DNA from: Bacteroidia bacterium
GTDB lineage: Bacteria > Bacteroidota > Bacteroidia > SXHM01
DNA length: 64,000 bases
NCBI GenBank assembly: GCA_022072225.1
Contig: JAJVIC010000002.1
Coordinates: 469,086 to 533,085 of the forward strand
Direction of reading: 5' to 3'
In this document: one piece after another, positions 25,879 to 36,212 of the stretch
How positions within the stretch are numbered: the first letter of the stretch is position 1
Layout: each line of letters starts with the position of its first letter
Translations under genes and position numbers: made by a program
Notes under the pieces: generated by a model
What the model was told of the DNA's origin: nothing
Databases searched by the model: none
What the model saw: the letters and a program-made list of their open reading frames with translations, nothing else

Positions 25879-27270
25879 TTATTTTCCGATACAAAACCGG
25901 CTGAAGATAGAACCCAACAGGTCTTCGGTAGTAACCTGTCCCAGTATTTCTGAAAGGTGGTACAAAGCCCTTCGGATTTCAACTGCGAGCAAATCGCCTG
26001 TTATCTTTTTCTCTAAACCCGAATACACATTTTTTAAAGCAACATTGGCATTGTTCAGTGCTTCGAAATGGCGCACGTTGGTAATAATGGTCTGGTTGCT
26101 GTGCAGTAAATTTGCGTTGGCAAATTCCATCAGTTTGCTTTTCAGTCCTTCAATATTCTGTTTCTGTTTTGCCGAAATAAAAATAAGGTCTTCGCGGTTT
26201 TGAAATTTCGAGCGAAGTTCTGCCTCATTTCCCAAATCGCTCTTATTGGCAACCACTAAAACCTTTGTGCTTTCAGCGGTTTTTTCTTTCACCGCTTTAA
26301 TAGCTGCGTCCAGTTTAGCCGCATCCGAAAGCGTTGCATCAAACAGCAGAATAACAATTGCCGAAGTATTTATTTTTTCAAACGTGCGGTCTATTCCCAG
26401 CGATTCTATTTTGTCACTTGTTTCGCGTATTCCCGCAGTATCAATAAAACGGAAACGAATGCCGTCTAATGTAATTTCGTCTTCAATAGTATCGCGTGTT
26501 GTTCCCGGAATGTCCGAAACAATAGCCCGTTCTTCATTCAGCAAAACGTTGAGCAAGGTTGATTTGCCAGCGTTGGGCTCGCCTGCAATGGCAACCGGAA
26601 TTCCGTTTTTTATCACATTGCCTAAAGCGAAAGAGGAGGCAAGATCCGAGATGTGAGTAATGAGATTGGAGACTAATTCCTTTAACTCATTTCTGTTGGC
26701 AAACTGTACATCTTCCTCACTAAAGTCCAGTTCCAGTTCTATCATGGAAGCAAAATGAATCAGTTGCTCGCGCAGCTCTTTTATCTCGCCCGAAAAACCT
26801 CCGCGCATTTGTTGCAAGGCAATGCGGTGCGATGCTTCCGAAGTGGAAGCTACCAAGTCGGCTACTGCTTCAGCCTGCGATAAATCCATGCGCCCGTTCA
26901 TAAATGCCCGCATGGTATATTCACCGGGATTGGCAACACGCGCCCCCTGTTTTATAAACAACTGAAACAACCGCTGCTGAATATATGCCGAGCCGTGGCA
27001 CGAGATTTCTACCACATCCTCGCCCGTAAAAGAAAGAGGATTTTTGAAAAGGCTGATTACAACTTCATCTATCACTTCTTCTTTATCATAAATACTTCCG
27101 AAATGCAGCGTATGACTTTTGAAAGAAGAAAAATCTTTGCCTGAGAAAGAACGAAACACTTTGTTTGTAAACTCAAACGCTTTGTTTCCGGACAGGCGCA
27201 AAACAGCAATGGCCCCGCTTCCCGGGGGAGTGGAGAGGGCAATAATCGTATCGTCTGTATGGTAAGTCAA
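25879..27270 (-). CDS. mnmE: tRNA modification GTPase MnmE
   Basis: 463 aa. N-terminal IIALSTPPGSGAIAVLRLSG, G-domain GEPNAGKSTLLN/DTAG, C-terminal CIGK. Confidence 0.95.
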   Translation of the reverse strand: MTYHTDDTIIALSTPPGSGAIAVLRLSGNKAFEFTNKVFRSFSGKDFSSFKSHTLHFGSIYDKEEVIDEVVISLFKNPLSFTGEDVVEISCHGSAYIQQRLFQLFIKQGARVANPGEYTMRAFMNGRMDLSQAEAVADLVASTSEASHRIALQQMRGGFSGEIKELREQLIHFASMIELELDFSEEDVQFANRNELKELVSNLITHISDLASSFALGNVIKNGIPVAIAGEPNAGKSTLLNVLLNEERAIVSDIPGTTRDTIEDEITLDGIRFRFIDTAGIRETSDKIESLGIDRTFEKINTSAIVILLFDATLSDAAKLDAAIKAVKEKTAESTKVLVVANKSDLGNEAELRSKFQNREDLIFISAKQKQNIEGLKSKLMEFANANLLHSNQTIITNVRHFEALNNANVALKNVYSGLEKKITGDLLAVEIRRALYHLSEILGQVTTEDLLGSIFSRFCIGK

Positions 27271-27304
27271 CTAATGCTATCAGTAAAAACGAGCTACACC
27301 TCAC

Positions 27305-28009
27305 TTAAATATCAAACCTGTAAACTACGCCCACTAGTAAACCACCACTGAGTGTATGTGTTTTTTCATAGGTAGGGTATTTGAGCGTATTGGTTAATTC
27401 AACGCCTTGTCCGTCAACTCCGGCAACATCAGAAAGTCCGTAAGAAAACCTAAGGCCGGGCGAAAGAATAAGATTATCTGTAAGGTTTATATCAATACCA
27501 AGCCCCAGAAGCGGAGCAGCATTAAATCCGTTGGTAAAGGCTTTTATGTCTTTACTTCCATTGAACAATGCCAGTGATGATTCCTGAGTGTAGTTGGCTG
27601 CCGTAATCATACTGAAATAGGAGCCCAGTTCAAAATAAGCACCACCGTTAGTACTGAGGCGCAGGTAAAGAGGTATATCAATGCTTGAAAAATGAATTTT
27701 TGAATTGTAAGGTGTTTTGGTAATTACATCGGTTGTTCCGTTAAACTTTTGGTTGTGGGTGGCATAGAGTACATCTAAGCCTATACCTACATTTTGGGTG
27801 AAATAAATACTCATATTGATTCCAAAGCTTGTTCCCAGTGAGGCTTCAACTTCCTGTTCGCTGTTAGGTCGGTCAAATATATTCTTGTTCATCAGCCAGG
27901 TGTTTTTCCCCAGCCCCATGATACCTACAGTAAAACTTGCCTGTTTGCTCTGTGCAAGAACGTACTGTACAGATACCAGTGTAATAATTAGTACGATTGA
28001 TTTTTTCAT
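27305..28009 (-). CDS. outer-membrane beta-barrel (porin-family) protein
   Basis: 234 aa. Signal peptide. Alternating aromatic/Gly beta-strand pattern. C-terminal …YRFDI. Confidence 0.7.
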   Translation of the reverse strand: MKKSIVLIITLVSVQYVLAQSKQASFTVGIMGLGKNTWLMNKNIFDRPNSEQEVEASLGTSFGINMSIYFTQNVGIGLDVLYATHNQKFNGTTDVITKTPYNSKIHFSSIDIPLYLRLSTNGGAYFELGSYFSMITAANYTQESSLALFNGSKDIKAFTNGFNAAPLLGLGIDINLTDNLILSPGLRFSYGLSDVAGVDGQGVELTNTLKYPTYEKTHTLSGGLLVGVVYRFDI

Positions 28010-28132
28010 GATATTCTTCTGTTAATTAGGATGCTCAAAAGTAGATAATTATTCAAACTGTATCGTTCATAACTTCTGCTTTTTGCCGATATGGTTTTTA
28101 ATAATTTTGTGCCCGAAATAAACAGTAAAAAC

Positions 28133-28708
28133 ATGAAAACTTCATTTTTTAAAATCAGATTTATAGCAATAATAGTAAGCCTTTTGGCTTGTTCATCAGT
28201 AATGGCAGACGGACCTGTGGTTAAAGGCACAAATGTGTTGGGTTTTGGCTTTGGCATGGCTAACCGTTATTATGGATATTCAGGTTTTTCGCCCGGAGTA
28301 AAAATTAATTATGAAGTTGGGTTATGGAAGGCAGGTCCGGGTGTGGTTACATTAGGTGGCACATTCGGCTATACTTTCCAAAGGTATCGTTACGGATATA
28401 TCTGGGGTAGCAACTACAATTACTCGTGGCATAATTTTATTATCGCAGCGCGCAGTGCATGGCACCATAACTGGGGCGTAGATAAATTAGATACCTATGC
28501 AGGTGCTTCTGCCGGGGTAAGGTTTAATATCTACGATGATGGTGATGACCCGAATAATAATCCTGATTATGCCTCTGTGTATCCTCACTTCGGAGGTTTT
28601 GTTGGAGCCTGTTATTATTTCAAACCGGGCTTAGGTGTTTTTGGTGAGGTTGGTTACGATATCAATTTTTTTACGGTAGGACTGAACCTTAATTTCGGAG
28701 GACGCTAA
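28133..28708 (+). CDS. outer-membrane beta-barrel protein
   Basis: ORF 28091..28708. Likely start MKTSFFK at 28133. Signal peptide. G/Y-rich beta-strand pattern. C-terminal …NLNFGGR. Confidence 0.65.
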   Translation: MKTSFFKIRFIAIIVSLLACSSVMADGPVVKGTNVLGFGFGMANRYYGYSGFSPGVKINYEVGLWKAGPGVVTLGGTFGYTFQRYRYGYIWGSNYNYSWHNFIIAARSAWHHNWGVDKLDTYAGASAGVRFNIYDDGDDPNNNPDYASVYPHFGGFVGACYYFKPGLGVFGEVGYDINFFTVGLNLNFGGR

Positions 28709-28709
28709 C

Positions 28710-29111
28710 TTACCGTTCCATCGGCATATTCTGATTTCGCCAGTTCTCGAAACCGAACTGCAAGTCGTATATCTCTTTAAACCCGAGATTGGATAAAATC
28801 CGTGCTGCCAGCGGACTTCTGTGCGCAGTTTCGCAATAAATGAAAACAGGCTTGGTGTTATCTAACTCGGCTGCTTTTTCGGCAAAGGTTGAGCCGAGGT
28901 AACTGATGTTCTGTGCATTTTTGATGTGGGCTTTTTTGTATTCGCCTTTTGTGCGTACATCAATAATCAGTTTGTTTTCCGTTGCATTTAATTTCTCCTC
29001 ATACTTCTGTGGAGTAAGTGTTATAAACTTTTCGGAAGGAAGAAAATCTTGAGCAACGGTTATTTCATGACAGCAAAATGAAAATAGAAACAGAACTGAA
29101 ACGCGAAACAT
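28710..29111 (-). CDS. rhodanese-like sulfurtransferase domain protein (secreted)
   Basis: 133 aa. Signal peptide. Active-site Cys loop IYCETAHRS. Confidence 0.75.
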   Translation of the reverse strand: MFRVSVLFLFSFCCHEITVAQDFLPSEKFITLTPQKYEEKLNATENKLIIDVRTKGEYKKAHIKNAQNISYLGSTFAEKAAELDNTKPVFIYCETAHRSPLAARILSNLGFKEIYDLQFGFENWRNQNMPMER

Positions 29112-29112
29112 T

Positions 29113-29994
29113 CTAGGATGCAGAAGAAGTAACCACTTCTCGGTTAACTTTTTTTACTAATCCCTGAAGCACGGCACCCGGACCAACTTCGGTAAATGAA
29201 CTAGCACCATCTGCCAGCATTTGTTTCATGGTTTGTGTCCATTTTACGGGTGCGGTCAACTGAAGAATAAGGTTTGCTTTAATATGTGAGGCATTTGCTA
29301 TGGGGGCAGCACTTACGTTTTGATAAACCGGACATGGAGGTGTATTAAATACAGTAGATTCAATTGCCTGTTGTAATTCGTCTTTTGCAGGCTGCATCAG
29401 TGGCGAATGAAATGCACCGCCAACATTTAATACCAGTGCGCGTTTTGCGCCCGCAGCTTTCAGTTTTTCGCAGGCTATTTCAATTCCTTTTAGTGAGCCT
29501 GAAATAACCAACTGTCCGGGAGAGTTATAGTTGGCCGGAACTACCACTTCTTCAGTAATTTCAGCGCAAATTTTTTCTACCACTTCGTCTTCCAAACCAA
29601 GAATAGCTGCCATGGTACTTGGCGTATCTTCGCAGGCTTTCTGCATGGCCTTTGCGCGTTTGGAAACTAAGGTTAAGCCGTCTTCAAAACTCAATACTCC
29701 AATAGCAGTAAGCGCAGAAAATTCACCCAGCGAATGACCTGCCACCATTTGCGGCTGAAAATTTTCGCCCAGTGTTTTTGCAAGAATAACAGAGTGCAAA
29801 AAAATAGCAGGCTGTGTTACGTTGGTTTGTTTTAATTCTTCATCCGTTCCTGAGAACATGATTTCGGTAATGCGGAAGCCAAGCAATTCGTTAGCTCTCT
29901 CAAACAATTGTTTTGCTTCTGCCGAGCGTTCATAAATATCCTTGGCCATTCCGGAAAACTGTGAGCCTTGTCCGGGAAAAATATATGCTTTCAT
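29113..29994 (-). CDS. fabD: malonyl CoA-ACP transacylase
   Basis: 293 aa. FPGQGSQ and GHSLGEFSAL motifs. Confidence 0.9.
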   Translation of the reverse strand: MKAYIFPGQGSQFSGMAKDIYERSAEAKQLFERANELLGFRITEIMFSGTDEELKQTNVTQPAIFLHSVILAKTLGENFQPQMVAGHSLGEFSALTAIGVLSFEDGLTLVSKRAKAMQKACEDTPSTMAAILGLEDEVVEKICAEITEEVVVPANYNSPGQLVISGSLKGIEIACEKLKAAGAKRALVLNVGGAFHSPLMQPAKDELQQAIESTVFNTPPCPVYQNVSAAPIANASHIKANLILQLTAPVKWTQTMKQMLADGASSFTEVGPGAVLQGLVKKVNREVVTSSAS

Positions 29995-30627
29995 CTAGTG
30001 CAGTTTTGCTGAAATTAAACTTATAAACTCTGCCCGGGTAGTTTCATTTAAAAATTCGCCCGTAAAGGCAGAGGTTGTGGTAACAGAATTTTGTTTTTGT
30101 ATGCCACGCATTTGCATACAAAGGTGTGAAGCTTCAATAACTACAGCTACTCCGTGAGGGTTTAATGTTTTTTGCAGGCAATCACGTATTTGGTCGGTCA
30201 GGCGTTCCTGTACCTGCAGCCGCCTTGCAAATGCATCCACAATACGAGGCAGTTTACTTAAACCAACAATGTGCCCGTTTGGTATATAGGCAATGTGTGC
30301 CTTACCAAAAAACGGAAGCAGATGGTGTTCGCAAAGTGAGTAAAGCTCAATATCTTTTACAATCACCATCTGGTTATGGTTTTCTTTAAACATTGCTGAA
30401 CGAAGAATTTCTTCGGGGTTAAGTTCATAACCGTGTGTAAGGTATTGCATGGCTTTTGCCACACGTTCAGGCGTTTTTAACAAGCCTTCGCGCTCTGTGT
30501 TTTCTCCAATTCCTTCTAAAACACTCAGGTAGTTTTTAGAGAGTTTTTTTGTGGTTTTTAAATTGTATCGGTCTATTTTTTTGTAACCGAAATCCAAATC
30601 TTCATCGTGGTTAGCCATAATATTCAA
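29995..30627 (-). CDS. folE: GTP cyclohydrolase I
   Basis: 210 aa. CEHHLLPF and zinc-ligand motifs. Confidence 0.9.
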   Translation of the reverse strand: MNIMANHDEDLDFGYKKIDRYNLKTTKKLSKNYLSVLEGIGENTEREGLLKTPERVAKAMQYLTHGYELNPEEILRSAMFKENHNQMVIVKDIELYSLCEHHLLPFFGKAHIAYIPNGHIVGLSKLPRIVDAFARRLQVQERLTDQIRDCLQKTLNPHGVAVVIEASHLCMQMRGIQKQNSVTTTSAFTGEFLNETTRAEFISLISAKLH

Positions 30628-31021
30628 CTGAATTATTTTCTGTTTCTTTTACTTTAACGCAATGGAGTTCGCAGCCCAATGCCTTTACATCGTTGTAAAT
30701 CTGTTCCCATATTTTTATTGCTAAATTTTCGGTTGAAGGCTGTACGTTCTTCATAAAATCAACATCAAGATTCATATTCCGGTGATCAAGTTTGTCGGTG
30801 ATTTTAGTTCGCAGTATTGCACTCAATTCTTTAAGGTTAATTACAAAGCCGGTAAGAGGATTGGGTTCTCCTTTAACCGTTACTTCAAGTTCGTAATTAT
30901 GGCCATGCCAGTTGGGGTTAGCGCATTTGCCGAATATTTCCAGATTTTTTTCTGCGCTCCATTCAGCCACATTCAGTTTGTGGGCAGCATTGAAATGTTC
31001 TCTTCGTTTGATATAAACCAT
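30611..31021 (-). CDS. queD: 6-carboxy-5,6,7,8-tetrahydropterin synthase (PTPS/QueD family)
   Basis: 136 aa. FNAAHKL … [10 protein letters not shown] motifs. Overlaps folE by 17 bp. Confidence 0.85.
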   Translation of the reverse strand: MVYIKRREHFNAAHKLNVAEWSAEKNLEIFGKCANPNWHGHNYELEVTVKGEPNPLTGFVINLKELSAILRTKITDKLDHRNMNLDVDFMKNVQPSTENLAIKIWEQIYNDVKALGCELHCVKVKETENNSVEYYG

Positions 31022-31082
31022 GTTTTATTAATTGCCCAAAGATAGAAATACCCTCTAAATTTGAGGTTTATTCTACTTTTGT

Positions 31083-31703
31083 GTGATGAAAATTCTGATT
31101 GTAGCTGCAACAAAACTTGAAGTTAAGCCCCTGCTTAACAAATTAAAAGATTTAAAGTTTAACCCCGAAGTTTTAATTACAGGTGTGGGCATGGTGCCAA
31201 CAGCATTCAGCCTCGGAAATGTATTGTCGGTAAAAAAGTACGATGCGGCTCTCAATCTTGGTATTTGCGGCAGTTTTAACCGTAATCTGAAAATAGGTGA
31301 GGTAGTAAATGTTACCGAAGATATTTTTTCGGAATTAGGCGCAGAAGATGGCGATAGTTTCCTGAAACTATCGGATATGAAATTTGCAGATAAGAAAGAT
31401 GTGATGCTAAAACCTGCAAAGAAATTTTCTTCTTCTGTTTTGAAAGAATTTAAAAAAGTAAAAGGCATAACCGTAAACACGGTTCACGGAAATAAAAAAA
31501 GTATTTCAAAAGTTGTTGAGCTTTACAATCCCGATGTAGAAAGTATGGAAGGCGCTGCTTTTTTCTATGCCTGCAACCGGTTAAATATTCCATCGGTTCA
31601 GTTGCGTGCGGTTTCCAATTATGTGGAGCACAGAAACAGCAAGAACTGGAATATTAAATTGGCTGTGGAAAATTTAACTGAAGCTGCTTTAGGCCTGTTT
31701 TAG
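31083..31703 (+). CDS. PNP/MTAN-family nucleosidase (futalosine hydrolase MqnB-like)
   Basis: 206 aa. MKILIVAATKLEVKPLL N-terminus and an …SMEGAAFFYAC C-terminal region typical of MTA/SAH-nucleosidase-fold hydrolases. Confidence 0.55.
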   Translation: MMKILIVAATKLEVKPLLNKLKDLKFNPEVLITGVGMVPTAFSLGNVLSVKKYDAALNLGICGSFNRNLKIGEVVNVTEDIFSELGAEDGDSFLKLSDMKFADKKDVMLKPAKKFSSSVLKEFKKVKGITVNTVHGNKKSISKVVELYNPDVESMEGAAFFYACNRLNIPSVQLRAVSNYVEHRNSKNWNIKLAVENLTEAALGLF

Positions 31704-32582
31704 TTTTCGCTCATTCCGTACACTCCTGAATTTATAAAGCGAGTGTATGACCACTGAAAGTATAATCAGCGATGTGCCCGCATAAAATCCTGCATTCAAA
31801 TCTTTCTCTTCGTGGAAAACAAGAAAGGCAAGTATAATTCCATAGACAGGTTCAAGGTTTACCGAAAGATTCATGGTAAATGGTGTAACTTTTTGCAGTG
31901 CCTTGTATGAAATACGAAGCGCAAAAACGGTACAGGCAAGACTTAAAATTGCCAGATATAACCAATCGCTTGCATCAGGAAAATATTTATCAGTAGGAAT
32001 TGCCCATAAATAAAACGGAAGCAGCAATGTGAGAATGGCAACTCCGCTCAGCAGCTCATAAAATAAAAGATTTCCGGGAGCGTATGTGCCAACCATATCT
32101 TTGTTCTTAATAGTAAAAACGGAACACAGCGCAGAACTGGCAAGCGCAAGAATAATTCCGGTTGCATACAGTTTCTGAAAATGAAAAATCAGATAAATGC
32201 CCGCAATGGTAACGAGACCGAAAAATAGTTCGGCTTTGCTTATTCTTCGTTTATTCATAAAAGGTTCGATAAAGGCAGTAAACAGGGCAGTTGATGAAAA
32301 GCAACTGAGTGCAATGGAGATGTTAGAATATTTAATAGCACCGTAAAAGGTAACCCAGTGAATGGCAATCAGCGCACCCACAAAGCCAACTTTCTTAAAT
32401 TCTTTCCACGTTATCTTTTTGTATTCGCCATTGTATTTAATCAACGCAAACAGCGCAATAAGTGTAATTATCATGCGGTACCAAACCAATAAACCTTCTT
32501 GTAATTCTATTAACCTGCCTAATATTCCGGTGAAGCCCCAGAGGAAAATGGCAATGTGCATTTGCAGGTAGGCTTTTCTCAT
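31689..32582 (-). CDS. DMT superfamily (EamA-like) transporter
   Basis: ORF 31689..32636. Likely start MRKAYLQMHIAIFLWGFTGILG at 32582. Ten predicted TM helices in two EamA halves. Confidence 0.75.
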   Translation of the reverse strand: MRKAYLQMHIAIFLWGFTGILGRLIELQEGLLVWYRMIITLIALFALIKYNGEYKKITWKEFKKVGFVGALIAIHWVTFYGAIKYSNISIALSCFSSTALFTAFIEPFMNKRRISKAELFFGLVTIAGIYLIFHFQKLYATGIILALASSALCSVFTIKNKDMVGTYAPGNLLFYELLSGVAILTLLLPFYLWAIPTDKYFPDASDWLYLAILSLACTVFALRISYKALQKVTPFTMNLSVNLEPVYGIILAFLVFHEEKDLNAGFYAGTSLIILSVVIHSLYKFRSVRNERKLKQA

Positions 32583-32630
32583 AACGGGCGTAAAGATGCT
32601 GATTAAAAATGTTTTTACATTTGTGTCGTT

Positions 32631-33002
32631 ATGCAAAAAAGTTCACTCGCGCAGATATTATTAAAGCTACTCATCTCGGGGCTGGCGGTTTTTTTTACTG
32701 ACTGGTTGTTATCCGGTATTGACGTTACTAATTTCACCAATGCCTTGCTGATAGCGATAGTATTGGCTTTTCTCAATACATTCTTAAAGCCTGTTCTGGT
32801 TTTACTGACCATACCGTTTACCATCTTTACACTTGGATTGTTTTTACTTGTTATCAATGCCGGAATAATTTTGCTGGCAAGTAAACTGATTGATGGATTT
32901 ATTGTAAACGGTTTTTGGTGGGCATTGCTTTTCAGCATAATTCTTTCCATTGTTACTTCAATACTGGAAGGGCTTACAAGAACAGAAGTTAAAAGGTATT
33001 AA
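32631..33002 (+). CDS. 4-TM 'phage holin family 4'-like small membrane protein
   Basis: 123 aa. Resembles chromosomally encoded PF04020-type proteins (…GFWWALLFSIILSIV…). Confidence 0.6.
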   Translation: MQKSSLAQILLKLLISGLAVFFTDWLLSGIDVTNFTNALLIAIVLAFLNTFLKPVLVLLTIPFTIFTLGLFLLVINAGIILLASKLIDGFIVNGFWWALLFSIILSIVTSILEGLTRTEVKRY

Positions 33003-33020
33003 TCAACTAAAATTTAAACC

Positions 33021-33365
33021 ATGTCAACTGAAAAAAAATACAAAACCTTTTGGGCGTTTTATCCTTACTACCTTACCGAGCATCAGGATACTGTTTGCAG
33101 AACGCTGCATTTCATAGGCACGGGGATAGTGATCGGCCTTTTCTTCACGTTCCTTTATACATTGGATTGGAGATTTTTTGCTGCAATTCCATTTGCCGGC
33201 TATGGCTTTGCCTGGGTAGGTCATTTTGCTTTTGAGAAAAACAAACCTGCTACTTTTCAGTATCCTCTATATAGTCTGGGTTCTGACTTTGTAATGTTCT
33301 GGCACATCATCACTTTTCAGCTTCCTAAAAAGATGGCTGAAGCCAGAAAGCAGATACTCGGTTAA
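33021..33365 (+). CDS. DUF962 (Mpo1-like) membrane protein
   Basis: 114 aa. FWAFYPYYLTEHQDTVCRTLHFIGT…GHFAFEKNKPATFQYP matches the DUF962 signature. Confidence 0.65.
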   Translation: MSTEKKYKTFWAFYPYYLTEHQDTVCRTLHFIGTGIVIGLFFTFLYTLDWRFFAAIPFAGYGFAWVGHFAFEKNKPATFQYPLYSLGSDFVMFWHIITFQLPKKMAEARKQILG

Positions 33366-34192
33366 TACCTTCTGTTCGGATTATAGAGCGTTTCCCAGTC
33401 GTGCTCGTTTTTCAACAAGGCGCTGATGTGAGGAGGATATTTTGTTTTCAGGTCAACGCTTTTTAATTCTCCTTCCTGCAAGGTTTCCATCGTTAGCAGT
33501 TTAATCCAGTCAAGTAATTCACTGGTGCCTGGACGTTTTTTGATTCCTTTAATCTCGCGCAGTCGGTAGAAAATATTCATGGCATTGTCCACTAATTCTT
33601 GCTGTAAGCCAGGGTAATGAACATCAATAATCTGTTGCATCAGGCTGCGGTCGGGGAAGCGGATGTAGTGAAATAAACATCTTCTCAGAAATGCATCAGG
33701 TAATTCCTTTTCGTTGTTGGAAGTAATTATAACGATAGGACGCTTTTTTGCTTTTATTGTTTTTTGCAGTTCGTAGCAATAGAATTCCATCTTGTCTAAT
33801 TCCAGCAATAAATCATTTGGGAATTCAATATCAGCTTTGTCAATTTCATCAATCAGTAATACCACTTGCTCATCAGCATCAAAGGCTTCCCATAGTTTTC
33901 CTTTCTTGATGTAATTGGCAATGTCATGTACTTTTTCTGAACCCAATTGCGAATCGCGCAAACGCGAAACTGCATCGTATTCATATAATCCCTGTTGTGC
34001 TTTGGTAGTTGATTTAATGTGCCAGGTAATGATCTTCTTTTTCATGGCATCGGCAATCTCGTGTGCCAGCAAGGTTTTTCCTGTGCCGGGCTCACCTTTC
34101 ACCAATAACGGTTTTTCGAGTAATACTGCTGCATTAACTGCAATCTGTAATTCGCGTGAAGCAATATAGTTTTCTGTTCCTGTGAAATTCAT
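33362..34192 (-). CDS. MoxR-like AAA+ ATPase (CbbQ/NirQ/NorQ/GvpN type)
   Basis: 276 aa. Walker A KGEPGTGKT, Walker B LLIDEIDKA, sensor region …PDAFLRR. No VWA-domain partner adjacent. Confidence 0.75.
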   Translation of the reverse strand: MNFTGTENYIASRELQIAVNAAVLLEKPLLVKGEPGTGKTLLAHEIADAMKKKIITWHIKSTTKAQQGLYEYDAVSRLRDSQLGSEKVHDIANYIKKGKLWEAFDADEQVVLLIDEIDKADIEFPNDLLLELDKMEFYCYELQKTIKAKKRPIVIITSNNEKELPDAFLRRCLFHYIRFPDRSLMQQIIDVHYPGLQQELVDNAMNIFYRLREIKGIKKRPGTSELLDWIKLLTMETLQEGELKSVDLKTKYPPHISALLKNEHDWETLYNPNRRY

Positions 34193-35632
34193 TTATGCGT
34201 CTTTTTCTTTAAGGATTGCAAAAATACCTTTTATGCTGATAAGCCGTGTTGCAAAGGCAAGTATGATGGAAATGCTTGTCATTGCTGCAATTCCAAATAG
34301 TCTGTTCTCAAGGTTGGATAGAAACCACCCGCTTGTGAACATCAACACAGTGAACAGCGCAAGGCTTGAAATTAATCGCCAATCTATATTCCAGTTAAAT
34401 ATTTTCCGAACAACAATAATCTGGAAAACGGCATTGAATAGTTGGGTTATAAATGCAGAAGTAGCCGCACCTTGTGCCTTGTAATCAGGAATTAGTTGTA
34501 AGTTGAGAATGATATTTATTCCCACTGCCATCATAGCAATGCGGTTTAGTTCATCCAGTTTCCCGTGTGCAGTTAATAATGTACCAAATACAAAGCCCGA
34601 GCAAATAGGAATGATGGATGCCATTAATACGGGCAACAACTTTGCAGAAATTTCGGTGTGCTCTTTATAAAGCAATTGCATTATATTGAAATTGAAAAAC
34701 AGGCAAGTGAAGACAATAGCAATGGCCGGAGCCATAATCAGCCGAAAAGATAATCCGGTAAGATCTTTTACTGATTCATTGTTCTTAAGCATTTTTGAAA
34801 ACAGAGGCAACAACAGACCAGCGAAAAGAAAACCAAACATGTTTACCACATCCAGTAATCGAAACGCCTGTGCGTAAATTCCACTTTCTTTTTCACCTTC
34901 ATCCAGCATGCGCTCCAGTAAAATGGCATCACTGCGGGTATAAATAAACATGAGCAGTATAAGCAAGGCATATGGAAAGCTTTGTTTCAGAATAGCTTTG
35001 AAAAATGAAGTGTTCCAATTGAGTTCCAGTTTGCCGGATTTCTGAAGAACAACAGCTAATGCAATGAAAGCGGTAATAAGGTATGCGGCAGTTTGTGCAT
35101 ATACAAACCACTCAATTTGGAACTGCTCATCTGTAAAATTCCCCCATAATAAAGTACAGACAAAGACAATCATCAATAACCTGTCTGTAACCGAAAGAAG
35201 GCTATCGGTTTTAAATAAATGCAAGCCCGAAATATTGCTGCGCAGGTATTGTGTAAAGGCAATCAGAAACTGGTTAAATCCCAATAGCATCAATATAAAA
35301 AGCTGGAATTTTGAATATCCTAATATCAGGCCGATTGCCATCACTATCACAAAATAAACCGCGGCTAAGAGGAAGCGCAGCAATATAATTCCCGATAAAT
35401 GCTTTTGCAGCAGATGATGATTTTGCGCTATGTTTCGGTTGTTGTAATTGGTAATGCCAAGGTCAAGCAGAAAATTAATAATCAGTGAAATATTAAGCAG
35501 TGCGAAATACATTCCGTACTGCTCGGTTCCTGTTGCATTCTGCACATTTATTTCCACAAAAATCCAGAACGGCTTTACAAGCAGATTAAGGAAAACAAGG
35601 AGAATAAGATTGGAAAGGAATTTCTTTTGCAT
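34193..35632 (-). CDS. Wzx-type polysaccharide/oligosaccharide flippase (MOP superfamily)
   Basis: ORF 34193..35647. Likely start MQKKFLSN at 35632. About 12-14 TM helices. Typical 'polysaccharide biosynthesis protein' N-terminus. Confidence 0.75.
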   Translation of the reverse strand: MQKKFLSNLILLVFLNLLVKPFWIFVEINVQNATGTEQYGMYFALLNISLIINFLLDLGITNYNNRNIAQNHHLLQKHLSGIILLRFLLAAVYFVIVMAIGLILGYSKFQLFILMLLGFNQFLIAFTQYLRSNISGLHLFKTDSLLSVTDRLLMIVFVCTLLWGNFTDEQFQIEWFVYAQTAAYLITAFIALAVVLQKSGKLELNWNTSFFKAILKQSFPYALLILLMFIYTRSDAILLERMLDEGEKESGIYAQAFRLLDVVNMFGFLFAGLLLPLFSKMLKNNESVKDLTGLSFRLIMAPAIAIVFTCLFFNFNIMQLLYKEHTEISAKLLPVLMASIIPICSGFVFGTLLTAHGKLDELNRIAMMAVGINIILNLQLIPDYKAQGAATSAFITQLFNAVFQIIVVRKIFNWNIDWRLISSLALFTVLMFTSGWFLSNLENRLFGIAAMTSISIILAFATRLISIKGIFAILKEKDA

Positions 35633-35718
35633 GCAGAGGGCTGCCAAAAATAGTATTAATGAACTAAATCATTTTGAATACATATTGTTTTATACGACAT
35701 TTGATAAAAAACTGAACT

Positions 35719-36210
35719 ATGGAAGCTGTCTTAATTATTATTGCCATCTTATTGTTATTTGCCGGTTTGCTGGGTTGTGTACTGCCTGCTATTCCCGGTC
35801 CGCCCTTAAGCTATGTTGCGTTGCTGCTGGTGCAGTGGGCATGGAAACCTTTCGAAACTACCACGCTTATCGTTTTTGCAATTATCACTATTGCAGTTAC
35901 TCTTCTTGATTATATAATTCCTGTGTGGGGAGCCAAAGTTTTTGGTGCAACTAAACAAGGTATTTACGGAAGCATTATCGGAATGCTTGTAGGAACATTT
36001 CTTACACCTGTGGGCATGATAGCCGGATTACTTATTGGCGCCATTTTGGGCGATGTGGTTGGAGGAAGAAAACTTTCGGATGCAGTTGGATCCGGGTTGG
36101 GGACATTTATAGGAACCATGGCCGGAATGGCGGTGAAACTGATTGTTTCAGGTGTAATGACCTTTATGGTTTTCTTTAAAATTGCCGAATGGGTAATAGC
36201 GCAGTTTTAA
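35719..36210 (+). CDS. DUF456 domain membrane protein
   Basis: 163 aa. G-rich TM repeats (…GLLGCVLPAIPGPPLSY…). Confidence 0.7.
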   Translation: MEAVLIIIAILLLFAGLLGCVLPAIPGPPLSYVALLLVQWAWKPFETTTLIVFAIITIAVTLLDYIIPVWGAKVFGATKQGIYGSIIGMLVGTFLTPVGMIAGLLIGAILGDVVGGRKLSDAVGSGLGTFIGTMAGMAVKLIVSGVMTFMVFFKIAEWVIAQF

Positions 36211-36212
36211 AA

